From Lingula anatina (taxonomy: Eukaryota > Animalia > Brachiopoda): a DNA stretch of 64,000 nucleotides. The translations under genes and the position numbers were made by a program. How positions within the stretch are numbered: position 1 is the first letter of the stretch; each line of letters starts with the position of its first letter. The stretch spans positions 4,278,001 to 4,342,000 of the forward strand of contig CM120643.1 of NCBI GenBank assembly GCA_051362555.1, in the 5' to 3' direction. Under the pieces are notes generated by a model that did no database searches, was not told the origin of the DNA, and was given only the letters and a program-made list of their open reading frames with translations. Of this stretch, positions 1 through 10,369 are shown piece after piece.

Positions 1-630
1 GGGTATAAAAGTAGGTCAATTGCCTGTATAAAATTGCCATACGATTATTGAATTTTTAGTATGGACCGTTTTACGGGGGAGACAGAAGTGGAAAATGTAT
101 CAAGATGCCAGCAAAATATTTCGGTTGCATAGGGTTGGTGAAAGGCAGAGTATATTGAGAACTTTTAAAGAAAAGAGTTAAACTAGCCCACATCTCCAGC
201 TTCAACACGTAGAACTTTATAAATGCCACGGTTCCTCTCTATTTCATCTGATTCTCCCTAAAATTTTTCAGACCGCGTTAACTGTTCAGCTCCCGGGAAC
301 CGCGAGCATCCAGCGTGGTGGCAGACGCTGAGCTCTGCAGACGGCACATTGCATTCACACAAATGGGGGTAAAGGTTTTCTGGGGAAATGCTGTATTTTA
401 TTACATCTGACGAATTACATGAAACTTGACTTTTTTAAATTTTATATTGACTAAGTGTAATACAAGACACTGATATTTCTTCTCAAAATTGACAGAATAA
501 AGAAACGCAAAAGGACATAACCTATCTCCCCTTACATGGCATATCCTATCCGTGAACTTGATTTACATTAGTTTTCACACTCCTACACACGCTGAGTTTG
601 TATGGTATCAGTAGATATTGTATTGTGTGT

Positions 631-661
<31 letters not shown>

Positions 662-770
662 GGGGGGGGGGAAGAATTTTGATTATACTATAGTGTTATG
701 GTCTTACTCATGTTATATTTTATACAATAGATCATTTTATTTTAAAGGATAGACCTGAACTGAGAGCGTT
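1..770 (+). repeat. Dispersed duplicate, copy 1 (matches 28462-29352)
   Basis: gggtataaaagtaggtcaattgcc... aligns colinearly, including the poly-G tract and the gaactgagagcgttgg end. Confidence 0.9.
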
Positions 771-1732
771 GGTAAAGTTTTTGGGACGAGAAAAGTAAAG
801 AAATGTAGCTACTTCGAGCACATATTTCAAAGTATACTGTGTGTAAAAGAGATAAAAATATCGTACCGCAGCAGGGTGTTTTAAAAGATTTTAAATCCTT
901 TAATCATTTTGAAAAATGACAGAAAAGGAATTGTGTTAAAAAAAGAAAAGTTGCCGCTATTTACAGTGTGATAATACATGTAACATGGCTATAGCAATAG
1001 TACAACTAAGATAAGATAAAGTAAGAATTTATTCAGCCAATAAAAATATTTAGATATAAATATCGGCAATTGTTATCCTTTGAGAGATAAAACTAAGATA
1101 AAACACTGGACAATAAAAAAAATATATGAACTAGGCCTAAAAGTGGAATTAAAGAGAGACAAAGTCAGAAGTCTACTATTGCTGGATAAAAAATTAAAAA
1201 AGAGAACTTCCTGGGTGGGTGGGATCCCCACAATTCATTTTGTTGTTTTGTCCATTCTGTCTTTCAAGATATCATCAAGTTGGGAGAGATCTGTCTCAAT
1301 TATTTTACCGGTGGCGCTAATAACGTTGGGGTGTTTTCCCCGTTCCTCTACCGTAGCTACCAGATGCATTAAACATAAAATACTCTCAATATTACACGTA
1401 TTTAAAAGTTAATTAAAACGGGCTCATTATCTGTAAAAGTTGCAAGTGATCTAGAAAGCCGCTTTTGCCTAAAGCAAGTTTACTTTTCAAGTGAATTCCT
1501 AGGAGTTTTAACTATAGGCCTATATCTATTGGATTTAAACATGAAAATACTGGAATATAAAACCGAAAGCGTTGTCCGTAATTGAACCATATGGTAGGGT
1601 ATATGTGTGTGAGTATGAGTGTTCATGAATGTATTTGAATGAAGTTAAAAGTTTGTACCATGTATTGTTTATTTCTTTGGTTTAATAGAAAAAAATTGAA
1701 AAAAGAATCTGATAAAAAAATTAATCAAAAGA

Positions 1733-2000
1733 GTCCCACTGGGTATTTTGTTACCAGTTAAAGCCACTTTTTATTTCCCTGAGATGTGTGAAATGTCCAT
1801 ATTATTTAGCATGATCCATGAAGCACCTCATTCCTGTGGCTCGTAAATGCGGCTTTTTGTTCTTTGCCCTTCGTGAAATAAAGTCTTGTAATTTTCAGGA
1901 TTTTCAACTAGCATTGTTGGTGTGATATACATAAAGTTTTGTTTACTGTGATTTGTAAATTAATGATTTTATTTCTTGTGAACTGTGATCACCCCTCCCT
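1733..2000 (+). repeat. Diverged duplicate of ~31468-31740
   Basis: Shared blocks tgggtattt, cc(t/c)gagatgtg, gaagcacc.cattcctg, tgatttttattt and gtgaactgtgatcacccc. Confidence 0.7.
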
Positions 2001-2326
2001 AATGGTACCCTCAATTAAGAAAAGAAAGAAAAACAAAACTCATTTGATTACAAAAATTTAATATCTTATTGAAAAATTAAGAGAATGACATTTTGCAGGT
2101 TTTAACTGGCTTCTACAGAGGCAATGATAGTTCTGCATTGACGACCCTGAAAAATAAAAGTTGAAAATATTAAAATATTATTCAGTTAAAATGTGTATTC
2201 AGTTAAATATAGTGTAAATAGATGTTGACAGTAACTCTACAACCACCAGCTCTTTGCTACTATCATATAATTACTGCTTTCATGTACTGTTTGACATAAT
2301 TTTCCTCTAAAAAACTGAAAGCTTAC

Positions 2327-2373
2327 TTAGTTATGATACCATCAAAACAAAGAGACAAACAAAAAGAACTTCT
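2327..2373 (-). CDS. Candidate downstream exon, in phase 1 encoding the hydrophobic tail EKFFLFVSLF*
   Basis: atttacag| acceptor and |gtaagc donor. A further acceptor lies at 2147-2148 (ttatttttcag). Confidence 0.35.
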
Positions 2374-2881
2374 CTGTAAATGTATAATAAATCTATTCTT
2401 TTAAAAATACTGTTGACTTTTCTTCATTTCTTAATGTCTGAAGTGTTTAGAATTATTTAATTAATTAATAATAATAATAATAATAATAAAAATAATAATA
2501 ACCATTTATGTTCGTGCCCTCTGTCTGAAGCAAGACGTGAACAGATTCAATACCCTCCTCCACCTAGATGGGCCGCTATTCTTTGGAGCTAAAATGTATA
2601 ATACAATATTACTTACTAAGAGGCAAAAGTATAAAATGTTCAATAAGTCAGTGCAACATCATATTTCATGTATGAAGCTTCAATGAAACACTTTTACCAG
2701 TATTTGGAATAAACAAAATTGCCAAGTATCATTTTAATCTGGCCAAAAGCACAAACTGTGTTGGCACAACATAAGGAGTGTGTGTCTGTGTGTGTGTGTG
2801 TGTGCGCGTGTACATGCACAATCACATTCCATCAGTGTAATAAATATTGACCCTACTATTCTATTGACCCTACTGTCTTAC

Positions 2882-2929
2882 CTCTCTCCTTCACGTCTGC
2901 TTTCACAGTTGTTGTGTCATTGATACTGA
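2882..2929 (-). CDS. Micro-exon C' (VSINDTTTVKADVKER)
   Basis: ttcttcag|...AGAG|gtaaga; 48 nt, phase 1-1, paralog of C. Confidence 0.7.
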
Positions 2930-3161
2930 CTGAAGAAAAACAGGAAAACAAATTAAACATTTCATACCTGTGCACAACAAGAATTCAATACATTATTTAA
3001 CATAGTCGAAAACCCATTCAAAGATTTAGATCACTGAACAGTGAATTTGAACTCAGTGTTTGTGCATGAGAGTCTCCCCCCTAAAGTCCATCTGTGTGTG
3101 TTTACATTTTTAAGTGTATTAAATGAATTCCCATTAAATTGTCCTAAACTTATTGTCTTAC

Positions 3162-3215
3162 CTTTTTCTTTGATGCCCTCAGCATCTGACACACTCTTTG
3201 TGTCTTTGATATTGG
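3162..3215 (-). CDS. Micro-exon B' (ANIKDTKSVSDAEGIKEK)
   Basis: tttctttag|...AAAG|gtaaga; 54 nt, phase 1-1, paralog of B. Confidence 0.7.
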
Positions 3216-3488
3216 CTAAAGAAAAAATGATATCAAATAAAAACTTAACATTCCATATCTGTGCATGTTCAAATAGGATTCAGTATTACAATTTATGGAA
3301 GACACATTCAAATATTTAAATGACTTAAAAATAAATGATCTTCTTAAGTATGCTAAAGATTTTGCTGGAGCAACATGCTTGTGGTGTGTATGTGCATGTA
3401 TGTGTGTTTGTTAGAGTATGTGTGTGTGCATGCATGTTTCATAAGTATATTAAAAGTCATAACTATTTTACTGAGATTCCTGTCTTAC

Positions 3489-3554
3489 CTATCTGCTCAA
3501 TACTTAGGGTCTTTACAAGTGTTACTTTGTTCTTGTCTTTCAGTTTGGTATCAA
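3489..3554 (-). pseudogene. Micro-exon A' with inactivated acceptor (VDTKLKDKNKVTLVKTLSIEQI)
   Basis: Paralog of exon A. 66 nt open in phase 1 with donor gtaaga intact, but the acceptor reads ctttcAC where A has ctttcAG. Confidence 0.55.
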
Positions 3555-3589
3555 GTGAAAGGACAGAATTGAATTTTCAAACAACACTA

Positions 3590-3820
3590 TGGGTGTATTC
3601 CCAGAGATTTAGATCAATCCAGGGATTAAAATTTAGATCAACCTAACTCCCTGGGGGTTCATGATAAATTGCAGTCAGACGAGCGTGCACCAAAGTTAAT
3701 TAACCCCTTACAGCTTTTAGTAGGCGGGGCAGTCAGACGCTTAAGCCGGCCAGGCTGACAGTAATCTAGTGAGACTCCCCACAGGGATAGATCGATCTAA
3801 AAATCTATGGAAATGGGGTG
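3590..3820. mobile_element. Small MITE-like insertion in the CBM20 gene intron
   Basis: Imperfect inverted ends (ttcccagagatttagatcaatc / gatcgatctaaaaatctatggaa). Confidence 0.45.
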
Positions 3821-3949
3821 TATGTGTTCAATCTTTACACAGCAAAAGCATTAATTTTTCAGAAGATAAAGTATCTCCTTAGGTCTGTCAAAGGCCAGAC
3901 TTTGCTTGTGCAACATGCATGCAAGTACAGTACCTTTTGGTGTGTGTGA

Positions 3950-3987
<38 letters not shown>

Positions 3988-4057
3988 ATGCACAATCACA
4001 TGTCATCAGTGTCATAAATTGATACCTGTTCTATTGACCTATTCTATTCTATCTTAC

Positions 4058-4108
4058 CTCTCTCCTTCACGAGCTCTGTCACAGTAGTTGTTGTGTCTTT
4101 GACATCAA
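4058..4108 (-). CDS. Micro-exon C (VDVKDTTTTVTELVKER)
   Basis: ttccttcag|...AGAG|gtaaga; 51 nt, phase 1-1, open. Confidence 0.7.
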
Positions 4109-4234
4109 CTGAAGGAAAAAATGGAACACAAATTCAACATTCCATGCCCATGCACAACAAGGATTCAATACCATAGTCAAAGATGTATTCAAAGATTTAG
4201 ATCACTGAACAGGGAATAAAAACACAATGTTTGT

Positions 4235-4394
4235 AAGGGGCGGGTCTTGAGAGATTTTCTGACAGTCTTGCAAATTATATTTGTTGATCCATCCTCCATT
4301 GTGGACTGTCTTCTGACAAAAAATTAAATCCCCATCAATGTAAACTTCTAACCATCTTGCGGAAGACCCAGAAGACAGCCTCAATTTGCCCCTG
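4235..4394 (+). mobile_element. ~160-bp MITE with (C)AGGGGC..GCCCCTG ends; relatives at 40260-40384 (partial) and 56394-56552 (inverted)
   Basis: Short TIRs; internal homology (ttgatccatcctccatt, caatgtaaactt, ggaaga.cc.g.aga) among three copies; absent from the paralogous intron near 3060. Confidence 0.7.
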
Positions 4395-4478
4395 TTTGTG
4401 TCTGAAAGCCTGTTTGTGTGTGTGTAATTTTTTAAGCGTGTTAAATAAACACCTGTTAAATTGACCTTACTGTCTTAC

Positions 4479-4532
4479 CTCTCTCCTTGCTGCCCTCAAC
4501 ATCTGACACACTCCTTGTGTCTTTGATATCAG
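4479..4532 (-). CDS. Micro-exon B (ADIKDTRSVSDVEGSKER)
   Basis: tttctttag|...AGAG|gtaaga; 54 nt, phase 1-1, open. Confidence 0.7.
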
Positions 4533-4828
4533 CTAAAGAAAAAATGATATTTCAATAATATTTTAATATTTAAAAATACAAACTTAACATTCCATATCTG
4601 TGCATGTTCAAAAAGGATTCAGTAGGCCCATCACACTTTGATGAAGACACATTCAAAGATTTGATTGACATAAAAATAAATAAATAATCTTCTTAAGTAT
4701 GCTTAAGACTTTGCTTGAGCAACATGCTTGCCATGTGTAAGTGCATGTGTATGTGTGTTTGTTAGTGTATGTGTGTGTGTGCAAGTATACTAAAAATCAT
4801 AATTATTTTACTAAGATTCTAGCTTTAC

Positions 4829-4888
4829 CTAGTTCCTTAATGCTTAGGGTCTTAACAATTGCTACATTATTATCTTCCTTGGTATCAC
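4829..4888 (-). CDS. Micro-exon A (GDTKEDNNVAIVKTLSIKEL)
   Basis: ctttcag|...CTAG|gtaaag; 60 nt, phase 1-1, open. Confidence 0.65.
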
Positions 4889-5024
4889 CTGAAAGAACAG
4901 AATTGAATTTAAAGAATACCATTTATGTGAGTATGTTGGAGTATGTTGGAGACAAAAAGAAGCGTGTTAGTCTGTTAATCTGATTGTATTCAGTGAGAGT
5001 TTCCATGGAGTTAGTGGACATTAG

Positions 5025-5119
5025 CTAGGTCTCCAAATTCATTGCCAACAGCCCCTGAGGATCCAGACTTGCACCCTGAGAGTCAGGGTGTTGTTGTAAT
5101 TTTATTTCATGAATCCTTC
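5025..5119 (-). CDS. Candidate terminal exon of a short isoform (GRIHEIKLQQ...AMNLET*)
   Basis: ttatcttttag| acceptor; open in phase 1 to TAG at 5025-5027. Confidence 0.5.
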
Positions 5120-5174
5120 CTAAAAGATAAAAAATGCATCAAGTTGATTGAATAGAGCAATGGTGTGGACTTAC

Positions 5175-5213
5175 CACTTGTGTGGACTTCAGGCTTGTAC
5201 ATGTAGTCCCACT
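5175..5213 (-). CDS. CBM20 protein 39-nt micro-exon (EWDYMYKPEVHTS)
   Basis: cttattccag|...GTG|gtaagt; 39 nt, phase 1-1, open in frame. Confidence 0.65.
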
Positions 5214-5402
5214 CTGGAATAAGATGAGACATTTATTTATTATTTACAAGTTATGATATACACTAAAATAAAGTCTTAAATGTATTTGACAATATTAAAG
5301 GACCATTTCATCATTTTTCTACAGTTTTTTATGGGATAGTGAGATTTCCAAATGTTGTACATGACAGATTTAAAAGGTTACGAGAATTATGAGTTCAAGC
5401 AC

Positions 5403-5529
5403 CTTTTATTTCCATGTCCAGTTCTTCCCAAGTACAGGTCACTTCCATGCTGTCCTTAGTGGTCACCTGGAGGCACCTGTTCCTAAAGGGTTCAGGCTCC
5501 CATGTCCAGCCACACCCAGGGTGGTAAGG
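5403..5529 (-). CDS. CBM20 protein coding exon 2
   Basis: ttattcag|CCT...AAAG|gt, 127 nt, phase 0 to 1, in frame with exon 1. PYHPGCGWTWEPEPFRNRCLQVTTKDSMEVTCTWEELDMEIK contains the CBM20 WE...NR.l motif and the terminal W. Confidence 0.85.
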
Positions 5530-5660
5530 CTGAATAAATTTAAAGAATGAATGAATGAATGAATAAATGAACGAATGAACAAACAAACAAACACTCAAAC
5601 AAACGAACAAATAAATTACTTGATGATGTGTTAATGTCTAAAATGAAAAGTAAAAAAGAA

Positions 5661-5696
5661 TATATATATATATATATATATATAACTATATATATA

Positions 5697-5739
<43 letters not shown>
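5661..5739. repeat. (TA)n microsatellite
   Basis: Direct reading. Confidence 0.95.
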
Positions 5740-5742
<3 letters not shown>

Positions 5743-5889
5743 AAATCAAATACACCAGAAGAAATGAATGAAGGTATGAGTAAATAAACACTTAAACTTA
5801 TTGGACTTTAAATTTTCTTTTCAATTTGAAAGATTATCATTTTTACCTCAGATCATTATTTTTGTAAAAAAAAAAAGTTCCATACTTAC

Positions 5890-6090
5890 ATTTTGTGGCT
5901 TAATGAATTTCCATACCATATTTGAGCCCTTGGGCAGGAGATACTCTGCCCTGAGAGATGAGACTCCCATATTGGTGAATCTTGACAGGTTCACTCCTCG
6001 CTGGGGGTCCCATCCCCCGAGGGCAGTTCCCCTGCCCACCACTTTTGCTTTCAATAAATTGTTTTTCAAAACAATTCTGACTGTGGCCAT
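5890..6090 (-). CDS. CBM20 (starch/glycogen-binding) protein, STBD1-like, coding exon 1
   Basis: Acceptor ...ttttaacag|CCATGG (good Kozak) and donor AAT|gtaagt. 67 codons MATVRIVLK...VVGRGTALGGWDPQRGVNL...LLPKGSNMVWKFIKPQN match the CBM20 pattern vvG...LG.W.P..av.L...lp...eyKf. Confidence 0.85.
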
Positions 6091-6434
6091 GGCTGTTAAA
6101 AATAAAAAGAAGAAATAAAATAAAACAGAAAGAAATCCTATCAATATATCTTTTTGATATTTACACTACAGACATTCAAATTGATCACTGGGATAATAAC
6201 TGTTCGTCTTGGCCAAAAAATGAATTTTCCTGGAGTAAACAACAAGTTTCCCATACTTACCAATGGTTAATGAATCCATTTCTACATTCAAAGTTAGTCC
6301 CTGTTTTTTTTTTTCCTAAAAAGTTTTTTTTTTGTTATAATTTCATATTATAGCCATCTATGGAGTTCACGTGGTCCGCTGACAAGCTCAGATATCAGAA
6401 TAATAGCTATAACTGCTGTTTTTGAGGTAAAACG

Positions 6435-6522
6435 GATTATATTATATTATATTATATTATATTATATTATATTATATTATATTATATTATATTATATTAT
6501 ATTATATTATATTATATTATAT
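6435..6522. repeat. (ATTAT)n microsatellite
   Basis: Direct reading. Confidence 0.95.
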
Positions 6523-7059
6523 ATGAGTTGTTCACAATGTTTTTATTGTAAAATATAGATCTCATACAAAGAGTTAATTATTATCCCTTTAATTAATGTG
6601 AATAAAGAAAGATATATATATATATATATCTTATTTTCATATTATGAGCAAATAAAATGTTTTTTTCATTTTTAGTAACAACAAAATAATTGCAAGAGTA
6701 GTTTTAGGCCCATATTGTATTATAAAACACATACAGTCTGATTATACAAACACACACACAACTTACGAGCACACTGTCCTTCTTTATTAATTTCAATTCC
6801 CATATCTGCTGTCATCTGCAATATGTAAAATAAATAATGAAATCATGTTAAACAAGATACAAATCATGGAGTTCTGTATCTTTATTTGCTAGTTTGTGAT
6901 GTATGCATTTGTACCATTATCAGAATGATCAGCAAAACGTGTGACATGAATTTTTTAAGAATAAAAATTAACCACATAAAAAATCATGAACAGGTAAAAA
7001 GGCGCTGTGTGGGCTTACATTGAACTTGCTACAGAATAAAAAATAAAAATAAAAATAAA

Positions 7060-7420
7060 ACTTACCAGCGACTGTGTAGACATTGTCTCTTTGCTTTGTT
7101 TACTAAAACAATAAACAGGAATAATTATTGTATAAAAGAATTTCATTGGACGGTTCCTGTATTGTTTCCTTAACTTTAAACCAATCAGATTGACGCTTCG
7201 TTGAAGCTCTCGACCTTGAGTCTTTCTACTAAATATCGCAATATATATCACAGTGCCTGGTCCCTGGTAATATCTATTACGGTCCCAGAACTCTCTCCCT
7301 CCTCGCACGAGTTTCTTAGAAAGCAGGCGGTGAACCTGTTGCTGATACTAGCCGCAGTCCTTTACAAATCCTAAGTCTCACCTCTTGCATAGCGCCATCT
7401 ATACTAAACAATTTTTATAT
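7060..7420. promoter_or_regulatory. Probable promoter / first-exon region of the CBM20 gene
   Basis: Locally CpG-richer; CCAAT/ATTGG boxes (~7145, ~7181), a YY1-like CGCCATCT (~7394), and minus-strand donors at 7064-7065 and 7017-7018. Confidence 0.35.
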
Positions 7421-8595
7421 GGCGTAGACTAGGCAAAGAGTGACGTTGAAAACTCGGAATTTTCATCAAACGTTCTGCACACAGAGTTTCACCATACATC
7501 AGGACACTTTTCTTAGATGGTTTTGTTATAGATTCTATTGACAAACTTAATCGGTGAATTCAGGATGAGACGTCTAAAGTAACGGATACATATGATATCG
7601 ACTGTGTCAGTTGTTCACTGTTCACATCACGATGCAATGTGCTGGTGAAGATTTTACAAAATGCTTCAGAATGTTGACGCTGCAGATTAAAAGCGCTCTT
7701 GGAGATCTAGCAAGATTGCACGCAGTCATCTACTTCAGTTTTGCCATTCCCTTTTCATGTGCAATTGCCCAATGCCTTATGAAGGTGAGGCAATAAAATG
7801 AAGAACTAGCGTTATTCCTTCTTATATAATTTTTAAGTGGGCCTTTTTCTTGTTTCTTTTGAGTCATCTGTTGAAAAAGTAATATATGAACTTAACTATG
7901 AACAACTAAAACTTCCCATGGTGTTTCCACTTACATGAACTAGCACTACCATCCTGAGTTTCAGAAAGCACCATAAACCCACCTCAGTACTGGTACAGTG
8001 TATGCTTGAGCGTCAACTTGCAACAACACTTTTTTTTTGGTAAATTTATTTTATAAAATATTTCTTTGCAGTTTATTTGATGCTTGGACATAATAAGAGA
8101 AGGACATGAAATGCAGAGCAAGATCAGAGGATAATCGGCTTTACGCGAGCTCTTTGCGGATTACGTGACCTCCTGTACAGGTAGCGAGCATATCACAGTA
8201 GTCGATGACTTTTTGTGTCATTGGGGCAGGTAGTTGGTGATAACGTGAGTCAATCCTTCGGGTGGATGAGACAATAAACTTATAGAGATTTTCATACTTA
8301 AAAGTATAAATACAATTTGTTCTGTCAATTTGGAAGCTGTGTGAGAATTTGATATGTTTGTTCATGAAGGAATTCAAAATGCCCTTTGTGGAAAAGGCAA
8401 TCTTGTTTGGAGCTATCAAAACAGCTTATCTGAGACAATGGGCAAATGTTTACCCAAACGCACATAGCTTCAAAGGAAGATGCTGCATTTCACGTCCTTT
8501 CCTTTTTATGTCCAAGTTTAATGTAAGTCTAATATTCTGGATCTTGAGGAAAAACCCTGGTCATTGACTTTTTTGTCTTTTCCAGTTCATCATCT

Positions 8596-9350
8596 GACTC
8601 CACACTACACTGTACTAGGAGACACAGGACTATACTGTCACAATAGAACACAATGACTGCAGACTACTACACTGTACTAGGAGGCACAGGACTATACTGC
8701 CACAATGGAACACAATGACTCCAGACTACTACACTGTACTAGGAGGCACAGGACTATACTGCCACAATGGAACACAATGACTCCAGACTACTACACTGTA
8801 CTAGGAGGCACAGGACTATACTGCCACAATGGAACACAATGACTCCAGACTACTACACTGTACTAGGAGGCACAGGACTATACTGCCACAATGGAACACA
8901 ATGACTCCAGACTACTACACTGTACTAGGAGGCACAGGACTATACTGCCACAATGGAACACAATGACTCCAGACTACTACACTGTACTAGGAGGCATAGG
9001 ACTATACTGCCACAATGGAACACAATGACTCCAGACTACTACACTGTACTAGGAGGCACAGGACTATACTGCCACAATGGAACACAATGACTCCAGACTA
9101 CTACACTGTACTAGGAGGCACAGGACTATACTGCCACAATGGAACACAATGACTCCAGACTACTACACTGTACTAGGAGGCACAGGACTATACTGCCACA
9201 ATGGAACACAATGACTCCAGACTACTACACTGTACTAGGAGGCACAGGACTATACTGCCACAATGGAACACAATGACTCTAGACTACTACACTGTACTAG
9301 GAGACACGGGACTATACTAAAAAAAAAAAAAACACAATGACTCCAGACTT
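8596..9350. repeat. 62-bp tandem minisatellite, ~12 copies
   Basis: Unit gactccagactactacactgtactaggaggcacaggactatactgccacaatggaacacaat; starts at 8717 and 8779 give period 62; inner copies near identical. Confidence 0.95.
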
Positions 9351-9665
9351 ATTTTCAAGATGGTCAGATAACAATAGAGTTTCATAAATTGTCATAAGTA
9401 GATTGCATTGTCTTTTAGATTTTTACATATTTCAGTGAGTTTTTGAATCTGTAATGCTGCTTAATTACAGCCTTTCAGCAAGTTTTCATCTTGTTCAATG
9501 TAATACCTGATATTTGAGTGATTTTGTGTTGCTACTGATGTAAGAATTTTTATATAAATCTTTCGGATATTTTATTGCTTTGTCAAAGAAATTGAAGGAA
9601 CAGTTTTTAAGACACTTGAAAATAAAGTAGATTGCTTTAAAGATGTATTTTTTATTGTCTTCCTG

Positions 9666-9782
9666 TGGATCACACATGTTCTCCATACAAGTTTGTATGT
9701 GATAATGGCTGCTTTATCAACTTATCATGAAGATGTGACCAGGACAATGACTGTAGAGCTAACAGTGATGAGGAAGGGTGTA
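9666..9782 (+). pseudogene. Decayed LDL-receptor class A (LDLa) exon from an LRP/SORL1-like gene
   Basis: DHTCSPYKFVCDNGCFINLS*RCDQDNDCRANSDEEGC then A|gtaagt (phase 1, typical of LDLa exons). TGA at 9728 replaces the conserved Trp; the acceptor is degenerate (ttcctg). Confidence 0.85.
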
Positions 9783-10093
9783 GTAAGTATTACTTAGAAT
9801 GAAGATGTGACCACAACAATGACTGTAGAGATAACAGTGATGAGGAAGGGTGTAGTAAGTATTACTTAGAATGAAGATGTGACAACAACAATGACTGTAG
9901 AGATAACAGTGATGAGGAAGGGTATAGTAAGTATTACTTAGAATGAAGATGTGACAACAACAATGACTGTAGAGATAACAGTGATGAGGAAGGGTATAGT
10001 AAGTATTACTTAGAATGAAGATGTGACAACAACAATGGCTGTAGAGATAACAGTGATGAGGAAGGGTGTGGTAAGTATTACTTAGAATGAAGA
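9729..10093 (+). repeat. 72-bp tandem repeat (~5 copies) derived from the 3' half of the LDLa exon plus its donor
   Basis: Each unit reads RCD(H/N)NNDCRDNSDEEG(C/Y)|gtaagtattacttag; period 72 (9801, 9873). Confidence 0.92.
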
Positions 10094-10369
10094 TGGATAT
10101 CAAAGAAATGGGTTGTCAGGTAGTGCACTGGGTAATGGCCTACATGAAGCTGTAAAGATTGCTTGTCAATTTAGCACATACATGTATTGAGAGACAGGTA
10201 ATGGGTTCATTTTATGCAGAAAATTAAAATTTCTGTCTTAGAAAATAAGATATAAATTATGTTCCAGCTTTTAAATTACAGAAATTATTCCATTTAAAAA
10301 ATTGTTGCACAGCTGATTCATATACTGCTATTGAAAAAGTTGTATATAGTCACCTGTTGTAAATTCCAA

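Noticed and set aside
7430-8525. Possible plus-strand gene divergent from the CBM20 gene (donor-like sites at ~7784 and ~8523)
   Set aside because: Frames are interrupted by stops and show no recognisable domain; this may be a lncRNA or TE relic.
8596-9350. CRISPR-like appearance of the 62-bp (and 61-, 72-, 92-bp) arrays
   Set aside because: Units are fully repeated with no unique spacers, there are no cas genes, and the context is eukaryotic.
9759-10103. His/Cys-rich 114-aa minus-strand ORF resembling a metal-binding protein
   Set aside because: It is the antisense reading of the 72-bp LDLa-derived repeat.
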